Shown: positions 9,301 through 15,977, counted from the first letter of the stretch. The stretch is DNA of 16,353 nt from Myxococcota bacterium (GCA_040752415.1 JBFMGU010000240.1:1-16353), one strand, 5' to 3'. Program-made: numbers and translations. Notes: generated by a model not told the origin, from the sequence alone.

Positions 9301-10225
9301 CGAGGAGGAGGGGCCGGCGGTGTGGGCGGAGGCGGTGGTGATCAACACGCCGCCCCGGGCTCCCGTGCTGGCCGTGACACCGCGCGAGCCGCTCACCACC
9401 AACACGCTCACCTGCGCCGTCACCAGCCCCGCGCAGGACGTGGACGGCGACGTGGTGACCTACCGCACGCGCTGGCTGCGCAATGGCCAGCCGGTTCCGC
9501 TCGTCGACGGTGACCGGCTCTCCCCGGAGGCCACGCACCGCGGCGAGAAGTGGAGCTGCACCGCGGCCGCGCACGACGGGGAGGCGCTGGGCGCGTGGGG
9601 GAACGCCGGGGAGGTGACGGTGCTCAACACCGCGCCCCAGGCGCCGCAGGTGGGGGTGGTGCCGCGCGCGCCCAAGGTGGGTGAGCCGCTGAGCTGTCGC
9701 GTGGCCAGCGAAGCCCGCGACCACGACGGCGACCCGCCGCGCTACACATTCCGCTGGGAGAAGAACGGTCGCCCGGTGGCGAAGCTGGACGGGGCGTTGG
9801 AGGTGCCGGGCGCGGAGGTGCGTCGCGGGGACCGCTGGGGCTGCTGGGCCCAGGCCGCGGACGACGCGCGCAGCGGGGAACCCGGGCCCCGCACCGAGGT
9901 GGCCGTGGGGAACACGCCGCCCAGCGCGCCGGTGGTGGAGGTGCTGCCCGCCTCACCACGCCCCGGGGACCCGCTCCGCTGCGAGGTGCGCCAGGTCTCC
10001 GTGGATCCCGACGGGGACCGCGTCAGCTACCGCGTGGTCTGGGAGAAGGACGGCGTGCAGCAGTCGTTCGCCTCCACCGAGGTCCAGGTGGCCGGTCGCC
10101 TGGTGATGGCTGGCCAGACCTGGCGCTGCATCCTGACCGCCAGCGACGGACGACTGGACAGCCCCCCGGGCCGCAGCCCGCCGGTTTCGGTCCAGCCCAC
10201 GGGATCCCCCGCCGCGTCGCGCTGA
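3362..10225 (+). CDS. Giant exported repeat protein, 2287 aa: signal peptide, 8 FG-GAP/VCBS-like repeats (beta-propeller), ~19 cadherin/Ig-like repeats with an internal Pro-rich linker
   Basis: Uninterrupted 6.9-kb ORF with GC3 bias. The TTG start has GGAG 7 nt upstream, but the exact start is uncertain. The h-region ends in AHA|G. It has repeated DLDGDG-x2-E-VVV blades, then ~95-aa units of the form NTPP...D-x-DGD-x-(V/L)-x-Y-x-(Y/F)-x-W...KG-x2-W-x-V-x-V...DG. Confidence 0.88.
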   Translation: MSSAAGCRCICPASRRATVLLSAAVLLTTLRSLPAHAGELRGWPVRLESGITASNPAVGDIDGDGRLEVVVGAGQSLHAVRANGGMVDGWPVKLAGEKTTRNEFPASPTLCDLDGNGALEVAALGLDHKLHALTGEGLPVAGFPVEGGGAWASAPACADLDGDNRPELVWAGSDGVVRAVDGTGRVVPGFPLKDLRAAEGMLAVGDLHVSPGVEIVVGAVDGRVHVLGRKTGKGAFASVEGFPVKTQFTVSGGPALADLDADATLDLAFGSQDFSIHALRGDGSHLPGFPQQTSYRIYAQPALADLTGDGKREVVVGGADGNVYAFQPDGTPAPGWPVKLGGRINACAAVGDLDGDGSQEVVVASAEGRLHVLRANGTPVGGFPETPGGALQSAPVIVDLDGDGRIEVIVGGAAGKLHAYSFANLGKVKRPYIAWPTAGHDAGRVSRVRPNAAMFLGVAVAPDAARTEDELTVRYRFVDLDGDAEKDTQVRWYLDGQLVTELNNKRAVPRERTAKRQRWSYTLQEGADFQAQGEGKGATIWRSNELTVANTAPTAPVVGFKNQEPRTDDVLEVVITQPAQDADQDTLQYRFRWFRNREAVTDLPLSASTVDGTRTRKGERWRVVVTAFDGEVEGASGAADVTVLNTTPSAPGLVLDPAEPGAAVPVHAVIQKPSTDPDGDVITYEYAWSVNGGPVPLMKDRDTLPPYSVRKGQRITLVVTPRDDEAPGQTTTLETTVVNTPPRPAAVTVLPSGARTDDDLQASISAPAHDVDGDHVTYAFTWARDGQPLPATDPLTVPRDQTVKGQKFTLTALPSDGTRDGTHASGDLTVANTAPGGARAHLEPSEPRAGDTMKVVIDQPAPDADGDAVSYRIRWLRDGKDETARAKGEALPAGIIRKGEVWQAVVTAFDGVATGTPVSTDEKRVLDTPPTSPTVAVRAKGSSGTAVGTEDVLVVQVVKPATDVDKDAVSYRYRWFVDGMLQDVPDTQDAIPAARTERGQTWRVEVTPVADGRRGTPVTSEVTVGNTPPKAPPLSIFPAKPLAGQSLRVSMGRAPEDADGDPVRLTFRWLRNGSPAGVEGAVVPAGRTRKGETWTAVATPADDNGDGAPTQVAVMVGNTPPAPPRIQVTPLSPRTTNVVEVQVLQPASDVDGDAVKLGYTWFVDGAEAKALAGKTRLAKGEFKKNQRLRVEVTPSDGTASGAKVVAEIRSVNSAPSAPQVRLQPADVAVPGPLKVEMTAPAQDPDGDGLTYRHRFYRNGTLLTLPPTTTAVPKEMLRRGDAWRVEVVAYDGETEGPAGSAEALVVNAAPSSPKVRFVHDTVTVAGPLDVEITTPAVDADEDTLQYQHRFRRNGQVVDLPSWRSGVPRTLLKKGDKWSVDVVATDGQLRSAPATAEAKVVNTPPTAPVVRFSAQRNGSQPLKVELVAPAHDVDGDTLTYRYRYTRAGGAVKLDPKTDTIPVTMLRAGEKWQVTVVAFDGEKEGPVASAEAVIQPPNTPPVEEAAPAIPAPPVLPSETEPTAPAPPDPATQAPPPSRPAVCRAQGPTENALPRAGEALRVVFGTDAVSQAAAAGTVQWLRDGQDAVRGNEVPPGTVRKRERWQPVVTTSDGKTVRCRELTVGDTPPGAPAVTLTPTGPRAGQPLTAEVVAPGSDVDGDAVSVRFRWFLDGVPQDIPERDAVVAGARVRKGQRWRVQAVSVADGAEGASAGAEVTVGNTPPAPLEIVVTPAQPLPGQELEVNLARPADDVDGDPVALRFQWIVNGQDAGIAEPRVPARRLKKGEVWQVWVIGSDGEVETPPAGAKVTVRNALPTPPVVSLGESRIRAGSAVEVKQLRAAADSDGDKVTVSYTWWVDGKEVPAFKGRTRLEPTELKKNQRIRLVATPHDGAEAGPSVHAEVQVLNTPPTAPAIRFNKEQLPVTEALKVELTRPATDADGDTLTYRYRFLRNGVRVKLPESESAVPAAMMKKNERWRVEVVAFDGEEEGPAVWAEAVVINTPPRAPVLAVTPREPLTTNTLTCAVTSPAQDVDGDVVTYRTRWLRNGQPVPLVDGDRLSPEATHRGEKWSCTAAAHDGEALGAWGNAGEVTVLNTAPQAPQVGVVPRAPKVGEPLSCRVASEARDHDGDPPRYTFRWEKNGRPVAKLDGALEVPGAEVRRGDRWGCWAQAADDARSGEPGPRTEVAVGNTPPSAPVVEVLPASPRPGDPLRCEVRQVSVDPDGDRVSYRVVWEKDGVQQSFASTEVQVAGRLVMAGQTWRCILTASDGRLDSPPGRSPPVSVQPTGSPAASR
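3476..4700 (+). repeat. Eight FG-GAP-like (DxDGDG) repeats with G(W/F)P spacers
   Basis: Blade cores: DIDGDG, DLDGNG, DLDGDN, DLHVSP (degenerate), DLDADA, DLTGDG, DLDGDG, DLDGDG. Each is preceded by GWP or GFP. The region closes with WPTAGHDAGR. Confidence 0.85.
4712..10195 (+). repeat. Tandem array of ~19 protein-level beta-sandwich repeats (~95 aa, ~285 nt each)
   Basis: Counted by eye: 18 units carry DxD(G/Q/K/E)D and one unit (~7970-8221) lacks it. Most units start with N/D-T-P-P or NxAP. The repeats are diverged at the DNA level. Confidence 0.82.
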
Positions 10226-10400
10226 ACAGCCTGCCGCATCCGCGCCACACACCGGACGCATGCCCAAATCCGTCCGTCCGTTGGCCACGCCCGCCGAGGC
10301 GTCGCGCGCATCCAAGCAGTGGGCGCACCCGCCAAACCGTGGTATCGGCCGGGGGTTGGGCGGTGCACGCAGGCGTGCCGCCCTGGCATCTGGGGCAGTC

Positions 10401-12182
10401 ATGAACATTCGGCATGGACTGACGGTTGCGGGTCTGGTGTGCGTGTTGGCGGCGCCCCACGTGGCGCGCGCGGACGCGAAGGATGCTTCCCAGGAGATGG
10501 GCATCCGGCTCACGGAGCGGGCCAAGCTGCACCTGGCGCTGGGCGCGCTGATGGGCATTGACAGCAACCCCAACGCGGTGCCCTACGAGCTGACCCGCGC
10601 GCGCGCCAGCAACGAGCAGGCACAGTTCTTCAACGGCCCGGCGGTGACGGTGCCGGAGGGGCTGCCGCATCCCAACAAGCTGGTCTTTGAATTCCCGCCC
10701 GACGCGTTCCTGGCGCTGCGTCCTTCCATGGCGTTCAACATGCCGGGGGACCGCCTCAACGCCAACGCCAACATTGGCCTGAACTATTACGAGTACCTGG
10801 GCATCTTCCAGCCGGGCCTGCCGTTCATCCCCGGCACCGCGGCGTCCAAGAGCGGGTACAGCGTCTGGGCCTACAACAGCGGCTACCGACGGCTGCGCAC
10901 CCTGGACGGCTCCGCTTCCGGCGGCCTGGAGCTCAACCGGACGGGGCCGTTCGGCCTGGCGCTCAGCGGTGGCCTGATGCGCTCGGTGGATCCGGGCCCC
11001 ATCGTGGTTGGGACGCGGCTGGCGCGCACCAACGCCAACGGCACCATCGCCGGCGTGGCCCGGCCGGGCGGTGGGACCATGTCCTTCACCGGGTCGCTGG
11101 GCGTCTCCGCGGAAATCTACGACCCGCAGAACGGCAAGGACTTCTTTGGCAACCCCATCCCGCCGTTCAGCGCCGGCCCCAGCGCCGGTCCGCTGTTCCT
11201 GTTCGGTGAAGGGAACCCCGTGGACGTGATGGGCCTGGCGCCCGCCGCCAACGCCACCGTGGACCCGCGGCAGTTCCACAACGCGGGCTCGTCGCTGTCG
11301 TTCCAGTGGCAGTGGCGCTTCCTGCCCAAGAGCGCGGTGTACGCCGGCGCCAGCGCAGGCACGCACTTCTACCTGTACCCGTTCCAGAACACGAACGCGC
11401 CCTCGTTCCCCGTTGGCGCGTCCATTGGCTACCTGGGGCAGATCACCGCCAAGCTGGGCCTGGTGGCCTCGGTGGGGTTCACCTATCCCATCTTCATCTG
11501 CCTGGAGCCCCTGGCGGCTCCCTCGGCGGCCACGCAGAGCTGCTCGGCCAACACCGGGTTCATCAACGGGCAGCCGCAGAACAACGCGCAGGGCCAGTCC
11601 GACCTGGAAACCCTGGGCGTTCCCGTCGCGCAGTACCTGTGGTGGGCACCGGAGCTGACCCGGTGGCAGTCGTACGCGTCGGCGCCGGGGGGCCAGCTGG
11701 AGGCCCGCTACCAGTTCACGCCCACGCTGGCCGGCGCGGTGGGGGTCCGTCGGCAGCTGCGGCTGGTCCCGCTCTACCGCTACCTCACCGACAACCGCGT
11801 CTACGCCACGCTGGTGGGCACGTTCATGCAGCGCTTCCAGGTGTCCCTGACGGCGTCGGAGGCGGTGCAGCCGCACGGTCAGCTCACCGAGAGCACCGCC
11901 GGGTACAACCAGTACCCCTTTGACGAGCAGTTCCGGCAGCTGGTGCCCGCGCTGGCCAACAGCGACCCGGGCCGCTGGGACAATGACCTGAGCGTCTCCG
12001 CCGCGCTCAACGTGGCGCTGCTGAAGTGGTTCCTGGTGGGCGTGGGCAACACCCTGACCTGGCACGCCACCAACGCCGCCACCGGCGGGCCCAATGACTC
12101 CCCCGGCGTCTATAACGAAAAGCCGTTCAATCTCAGCTACGTGCGCAACGTGACGGTGCTGCAGGCTGAACTGCGCTATTAG
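10401..12182 (+). CDS. Outer-membrane beta-barrel for polysaccharide export (Wzp/EpsX/ExoB-like), 593 aa
   Basis: ATG 10401 gives a clean signal peptide MNIRHGLTVAGLVCVLAAPHVARA|D and is preferred over the ORF-track start at 10260. It has a DSN motif after the first strand, many alternating amphipathic strands, and a C-terminal BAM beta-signal VTVLQAELRY. It lies 6 nt upstream of a short OPX gene. Confidence 0.75.
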   Translation: MNIRHGLTVAGLVCVLAAPHVARADAKDASQEMGIRLTERAKLHLALGALMGIDSNPNAVPYELTRARASNEQAQFFNGPAVTVPEGLPHPNKLVFEFPPDAFLALRPSMAFNMPGDRLNANANIGLNYYEYLGIFQPGLPFIPGTAASKSGYSVWAYNSGYRRLRTLDGSASGGLELNRTGPFGLALSGGLMRSVDPGPIVVGTRLARTNANGTIAGVARPGGGTMSFTGSLGVSAEIYDPQNGKDFFGNPIPPFSAGPSAGPLFLFGEGNPVDVMGLAPAANATVDPRQFHNAGSSLSFQWQWRFLPKSAVYAGASAGTHFYLYPFQNTNAPSFPVGASIGYLGQITAKLGLVASVGFTYPIFICLEPLAAPSAATQSCSANTGFINGQPQNNAQGQSDLETLGVPVAQYLWWAPELTRWQSYASAPGGQLEARYQFTPTLAGAVGVRRQLRLVPLYRYLTDNRVYATLVGTFMQRFQVSLTASEAVQPHGQLTESTAGYNQYPFDEQFRQLVPALANSDPGRWDNDLSVSAALNVALLKWFLVGVGNTLTWHATNAATGGPNDSPGVYNEKPFNLSYVRNVTVLQAELRY

Positions 12183-12188
12183 CGGGCC

Positions 12189-12800
12189 ATGGTGGATCGG
12201 TTTCTCCGTCGTGGGTGGGTCTGGGCGCTGCCGCTCCTGCTGGTGTTGGGAGGGTGCCCGGGCAACGCCACCACCACCGCGGAGGAGCGGCCCGCCACCG
12301 CGCTCCCCGCCGCCGACACGCTGGACGTGGGCGACGTCATCGAGGTCAAGGTCTACGGTGAGCCGGACCTCAGCGGCTCCCACAAGGTCCGCAGCGACGG
12401 GACGGTGGGCCTGCCGCTGGTGGGTCTGGTGAACGTGCGCGGGATGACGCCGGAGCTGGCCGCCGACGCCATCAGCAACGCCTACGCCAAAGGCTACCTC
12501 AAGAACCCCCAGGTCTCGGTGGTGGTGACGGCGTTCAATTCCAAGCGCTTCTACGTGCTGGGCGCGGTGAACAATCCCGGCGTGTTTGCCTACGAAGCGG
12601 ACATGAACATCCTGCGGGCGGTGATCATGGCGGGAGGATTCGCGCCCAACGCCTCCAAGAACAGCGTGCTGGTCACGCGCACGGTCAAGGGTGTGGAGAC
12701 CCGGATTGAGGTGGCGGTGGATGACATCGGGCAGGGAAAAGCCAAGAATTTCCCTCTCTTGCCGGGGGACATTGTATACGTCCCCACCTCCCTGCTCTAG
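12189..12800 (+). CDS. wza: Short polysaccharide export (OPX/Wza-like) lipoprotein, Poly_export plus one SLBB domain, 203 aa
   Basis: Lipobox-like LVLGG|C. PES motif LDVGDVIEVKVYGEPDLSG...VRSDGTVGLPLVGLVNVRGMT...YLKNPQVSV. SLBB domain FYVLGAVNNPG...AVIMAGGF. It ends at LLPGDIVYVPTSLL. Confidence 0.92.
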   Translation: MVDRFLRRGWVWALPLLLVLGGCPGNATTTAEERPATALPAADTLDVGDVIEVKVYGEPDLSGSHKVRSDGTVGLPLVGLVNVRGMTPELAADAISNAYAKGYLKNPQVSVVVTAFNSKRFYVLGAVNNPGVFAYEADMNILRAVIMAGGFAPNASKNSVLVTRTVKGVETRIEVAVDDIGQGKAKNFPLLPGDIVYVPTSLL

Positions 12801-12809
12801 GCGGCAGCC

Positions 12810-15035
12810 GTGGCTGAAGCGCACCTGGTTCCACCGCACAACCCTCCGCCCCCGGGCCAGGCCCTGGAGGACGCGCCGCTGGACCTGCGCCAGTACTGGA
12901 ACACCATTGTCAACCACCTCTGGACGGTGGTGCTGGTGACGGTGGCGGTGACGGCGGGCACCACGCTGTGGACCCTGCGCCAGCCCAAGATCTACCGCGC
13001 CCAGGCCCAGGTGGCGGTGGACTTCAACACGCCCAAGGTGCTCTCCGAGGTGCGCGAGGTGGTGGAGCTGGGCTCGCTCACCGCCTGGAACAACCGCGCC
13101 TACATGGACCTGCAGCTGGCCATGTTGCGCTCCCGGGAGGTCTCCCTGGAGATTGCGCGGCGGCTGGCGGAGGACCCCACCTTTGTCCCGGTGAGCGAGC
13201 GCGAGAGCGCGCTGCGCTGGCTGCCCAACTACGTCCGGGGCGTGCTCCAGGCCTCCAGCGACAAGGACAGCCGCATCGTCAACATCGTGGCGGAGGACAC
13301 GGCGCCGGAGCGCATCACCCGCGTGGTGAACGTGGCGGCGGATGTCTTCATCGAGCGCAATCTGGAGCAGAAGATGGAAGCCACCGTGGGCGCCAATGAG
13401 TGGCTGGTGGGCCAGGTGGATGAGTTGGAGGGCAGCCTGGAGAAGAGCGAGGTGGCGCTCCAGAGGTTCAAGGAGGAGCACGACATCCTGAGCGCCACGT
13501 TCGAGGACCGGCAGTCCATCAACAGCCAGGACCTGCTGGCGCTCAGCAAGGCCATCACCGACCTCCGCCTCCGCAAGATGGAGCTGGAGGTGCGCGAGCA
13601 GCAGACGCAGCGGGTGATGGCGGAGTCCGCCGACGGCGGCCTGGGGGTGCGCGCGCTGCCCCAGGTCTACAGCAACGCGAGCGTCCAGGAGCACCACGCC
13701 GAGCTGCAGAAGCTCCGGACCGAGCGCGCGGACCTCCTGAGCCGGTACGGCGAGCTGCACCCCAAGCTGCAAAGCATTGAGCGGCAGATCCAGATGCAGC
13801 AGGAGGAGCTTGACCGCGAGATCCAGCTCATCCTGGAGGTGGAGCGTCGGTCCCTCTCGGAGCTCAACGAGGTGGAAAAGGTCTACGAGACCGCCCTGGA
13901 GCGCGCCAAGTCCGAGGCGTTCGAGGTCAACCGGCACGAGATTGCCTACAACCGGCTCAGGCGGGAGCAGACCAACAACGAGCGCCTGTACGAGATGGTG
14001 CTGCGTCGCCAGAAGGAGGCGGACCTCTCCGCGGCCATGAAGTTCAACAACATGCGCCTGATGGAGAAGGCGTTGGTGCCCAACACGCCGGTGCGCCCCA
14101 ACAACACGCGCAACGTCATGTTTGGCATGATCATCGGCCTGCTGCTGGGCATTGCCATGGCATTCCTCCTGGAGTTCCTGGACAACACCGTCAAGAGCCA
14201 GGCCGACGTGGAGCAGAAGCTGGGGATGGTGTTCCTGGGCGTGCTGCCGTCCATCAAGTCCACCACCGGCGAGGCCACGCCGGAGGCCAAGGAGGGCACT
14301 GCCCGCAGCCCCTCACGCGACCTGCACGTGCACCTCTACCCGAAGAGCGCGGTGGCGGAGTGCTGTCGGGCGCTGCGCACCAACCTGCTGTTCATGACGC
14401 CGGACGCGCCGCTGAAGACCATCCTCATCACCAGCCCGGGTCCGCAGGAAGGCAAGACCACCGCCGCCATCAGCCTGTCCATTGCCATGGCGCAGTCCGG
14501 CGGGCGCACGTTGCTGGTGGACACCGACCTGCGTCGGCCGCGCATCCACAAGAGCTTCCAGATCTCCAACCAGGTTGGCGTCACCAGCGTTCTCGTCGGG
14601 GACTGCGAGCTGAAGGACGCCATCAAGAGCACCGAGGTGCCAGGCCTGTACGTGCTGCCCTGCGGGCCCATCCCGCCCAATCCCGCGGAGCTGCTGCACA
14701 CCGCGCGCTTCCAGGAGACGCTGGAGAAGCTCAAGGAGCAGTTTGACCGCGTGATCCTGGACAGCCCGCCGGTGGGCGCGGTGGCCGACGCGCTCATCCT
14801 CAGCTCCTACGTGGGCGGCGTGGTGATGGCGCTGCGCTGCAACAAGACCAGCAAGGACATGGCGGCCCGCACGCGCCGGGCGTTGGTGGACGTCAACGCG
14901 CACATGCTGGGCGTGGTGCTGAACGACCTCGATCTCGAGAGCAAGTCTGGCTACTACAGCTACTACCTGGCCCGGTACGGCTACGTGTACGGCGACCCGG
15001 AGGGCGAGGGTACCAGCAGCGCCAAGGCGGCGTGA
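12810..15035 (+). CDS. wzc: Polysaccharide co-polymerase with fused BY-kinase (Wzc, PCP-2a), 741 aa
   Basis: Wzz-like N-terminus LDLRQYW, TM1 and PKIYRA. Long periplasmic coiled coil with YGELHP. TM2 is GMIIGLLLGIAMAFLLEFLDNTVKS. Kinase motifs: E-x2-R-x-LRTNL, Walker A SPGPQEGKTT, A' LLVDTDLRRP, Walker B VILDSPP, and Tyr cluster YYSYYLARYGYVY. Confidence 0.95.
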   Translation: MAEAHLVPPHNPPPPGQALEDAPLDLRQYWNTIVNHLWTVVLVTVAVTAGTTLWTLRQPKIYRAQAQVAVDFNTPKVLSEVREVVELGSLTAWNNRAYMDLQLAMLRSREVSLEIARRLAEDPTFVPVSERESALRWLPNYVRGVLQASSDKDSRIVNIVAEDTAPERITRVVNVAADVFIERNLEQKMEATVGANEWLVGQVDELEGSLEKSEVALQRFKEEHDILSATFEDRQSINSQDLLALSKAITDLRLRKMELEVREQQTQRVMAESADGGLGVRALPQVYSNASVQEHHAELQKLRTERADLLSRYGELHPKLQSIERQIQMQQEELDREIQLILEVERRSLSELNEVEKVYETALERAKSEAFEVNRHEIAYNRLRREQTNNERLYEMVLRRQKEADLSAAMKFNNMRLMEKALVPNTPVRPNNTRNVMFGMIIGLLLGIAMAFLLEFLDNTVKSQADVEQKLGMVFLGVLPSIKSTTGEATPEAKEGTARSPSRDLHVHLYPKSAVAECCRALRTNLLFMTPDAPLKTILITSPGPQEGKTTAAISLSIAMAQSGGRTLLVDTDLRRPRIHKSFQISNQVGVTSVLVGDCELKDAIKSTEVPGLYVLPCGPIPPNPAELLHTARFQETLEKLKEQFDRVILDSPPVGAVADALILSSYVGGVVMALRCNKTSKDMAARTRRALVDVNAHMLGVVLNDLDLESKSGYYSYYLARYGYVYGDPEGEGTSSAKAA

Positions 15036-15059
15036 CGTCGCGCGCGGCGCGGAGAGCCC

Positions 15060-15977
15060 ATGAGCATCACCGTTCCCGCCGCGGGTGCCGTCAGCAGCCT
15101 GGCCGTGCGCAAGGGCATTGTGCTGGCGGGTGGTCGCGGCACGCGCCTCTATCCGCTGACGAGCTTTGCCAACAAGCAGCTCCTGCCCGTCTATGACAAG
15201 CCCATGGTCTACTACCCCATCAGCACCCTGATGCTGGGGGGTATCCGCGACATCCTCATCATCAGCGGCCCCGACGAGATTCCGCTCTACCAGCGCCTGC
15301 TGGGCAGCGGAGACCGCTACGGCGTGCGCTTCAGCTACGCGGTGCAGGCGGCGCCGCGCGGCATTGCCGAGGCCTTCCTGGTGGGGGAGGAGTTCATTGC
15401 CGGGCAGTGCTGCAGCCTCATCCTGGGCGACAACATCTTCTTTGGCACCCTGGATTTCCTGCGCGCCGCGCTCCACCGCGAACAGGGCGCCACCGTCTTT
15501 GGCTACCGCGTGAAGAACCCGCAGGAGTACGGCGTGGTGGAGATGGCGCCGGACGGTCGCGCGTTGTCCCTGGAGGAGAAACCCGCCGCCCCGCGCAGCA
15601 ACTACGCCGTGCCTGGCCTGTACGTGTACGACCAGCAGGTGGTGGAGATTGCCCGCAACCTCAGGCCCTCCCCGCGCGGGGAGCTGGAGATCACCGACGT
15701 CAACCGCGTCTACCTGGAGCGCAAGCAGCTGCGCGTGGAGTTGCTGCCGCGCGGCATGGCCTGGCTGGACACCGGCACGGTGCAGAGCCTGCTGGACGCC
15801 AGCGAGTTCGTGGGCGCGATTGAGCGGCGGCAGGGCCTCAAGATTGCGTGCCTGGAGGAGGTGGCGCTGCGCATGGGGTTCGTCTCGCCGGCGCAGATGC
15901 GCGAGGTGATTGCCCGGTACCCGGCCAGCGAATACCGCACGTACATTGAAGGGATCCTGGGCGAGGCGGGCGCTTGA
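15060..15977 (+). CDS. rmlA: Glucose-1-phosphate thymidylyltransferase, 305 aa
   Basis: Motifs KGIVLAGGRGTRLYPLT, KQLLPVYDKPMVYYP, LILGDNIF, EEKP, SNYAVPGLY, RGELEITD, WLDTGT and RQGLKIACLEE. GGAG SD upstream. Confidence 0.96.
   Translation: MSITVPAAGAVSSLAVRKGIVLAGGRGTRLYPLTSFANKQLLPVYDKPMVYYPISTLMLGGIRDILIISGPDEIPLYQRLLGSGDRYGVRFSYAVQAAPRGIAEAFLVGEEFIAGQCCSLILGDNIFFGTLDFLRAALHREQGATVFGYRVKNPQEYGVVEMAPDGRALSLEEKPAAPRSNYAVPGLYVYDQQVVEIARNLRPSPRGELEITDVNRVYLERKQLRVELLPRGMAWLDTGTVQSLLDASEFVGAIERRQGLKIACLEEVALRMGFVSPAQMREVIARYPASEYRTYIEGILGEAGA

Noticed and set aside
1902..9724. Long minus-strand ORFs (1902..3404, 3401..4681, 4697..6070, 6155..7837, 8057..9724) and the + strand alternative frame 7486..8886
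   Set aside because: They overlap well-supported genes and have the low-information composition typical of off-frame translation in GC-rich DNA.
4712..10195. CRISPR array or DNA-level tandem repeat suggested by recurring GACGTCGACGGCGAC and AACACGCCGCCC words
   Set aside because: The recurrences are in-frame codons for the DVDGD and NTPP protein motifs about 285 nt apart, with synonymous variation. They are not repeat-spacer units, and no cas genes are present.
10359..10370. ops/JUMPStart-like element (GGCGGTGCACGC)
   Set aside because: It matches only GGCGGT of the RfaH ops consensus GGCGGTAGnnTG, which is expected by chance at this GC content.
10260..10400. ORF-track N-terminal extension of the beta-barrel gene
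   Set aside because: It would bury the signal peptide that begins at ATG 10401, so the region is better read as a non-coding leader.
10023..13937. 1304-aa minus-strand ORF
   Set aside because: It is the antisense shadow of wzp, wza and wzc. High GC3 bias removes stop codons on the opposite strand, and the translation is rich in His/Gly/Val/Arg with no recognisable motifs.
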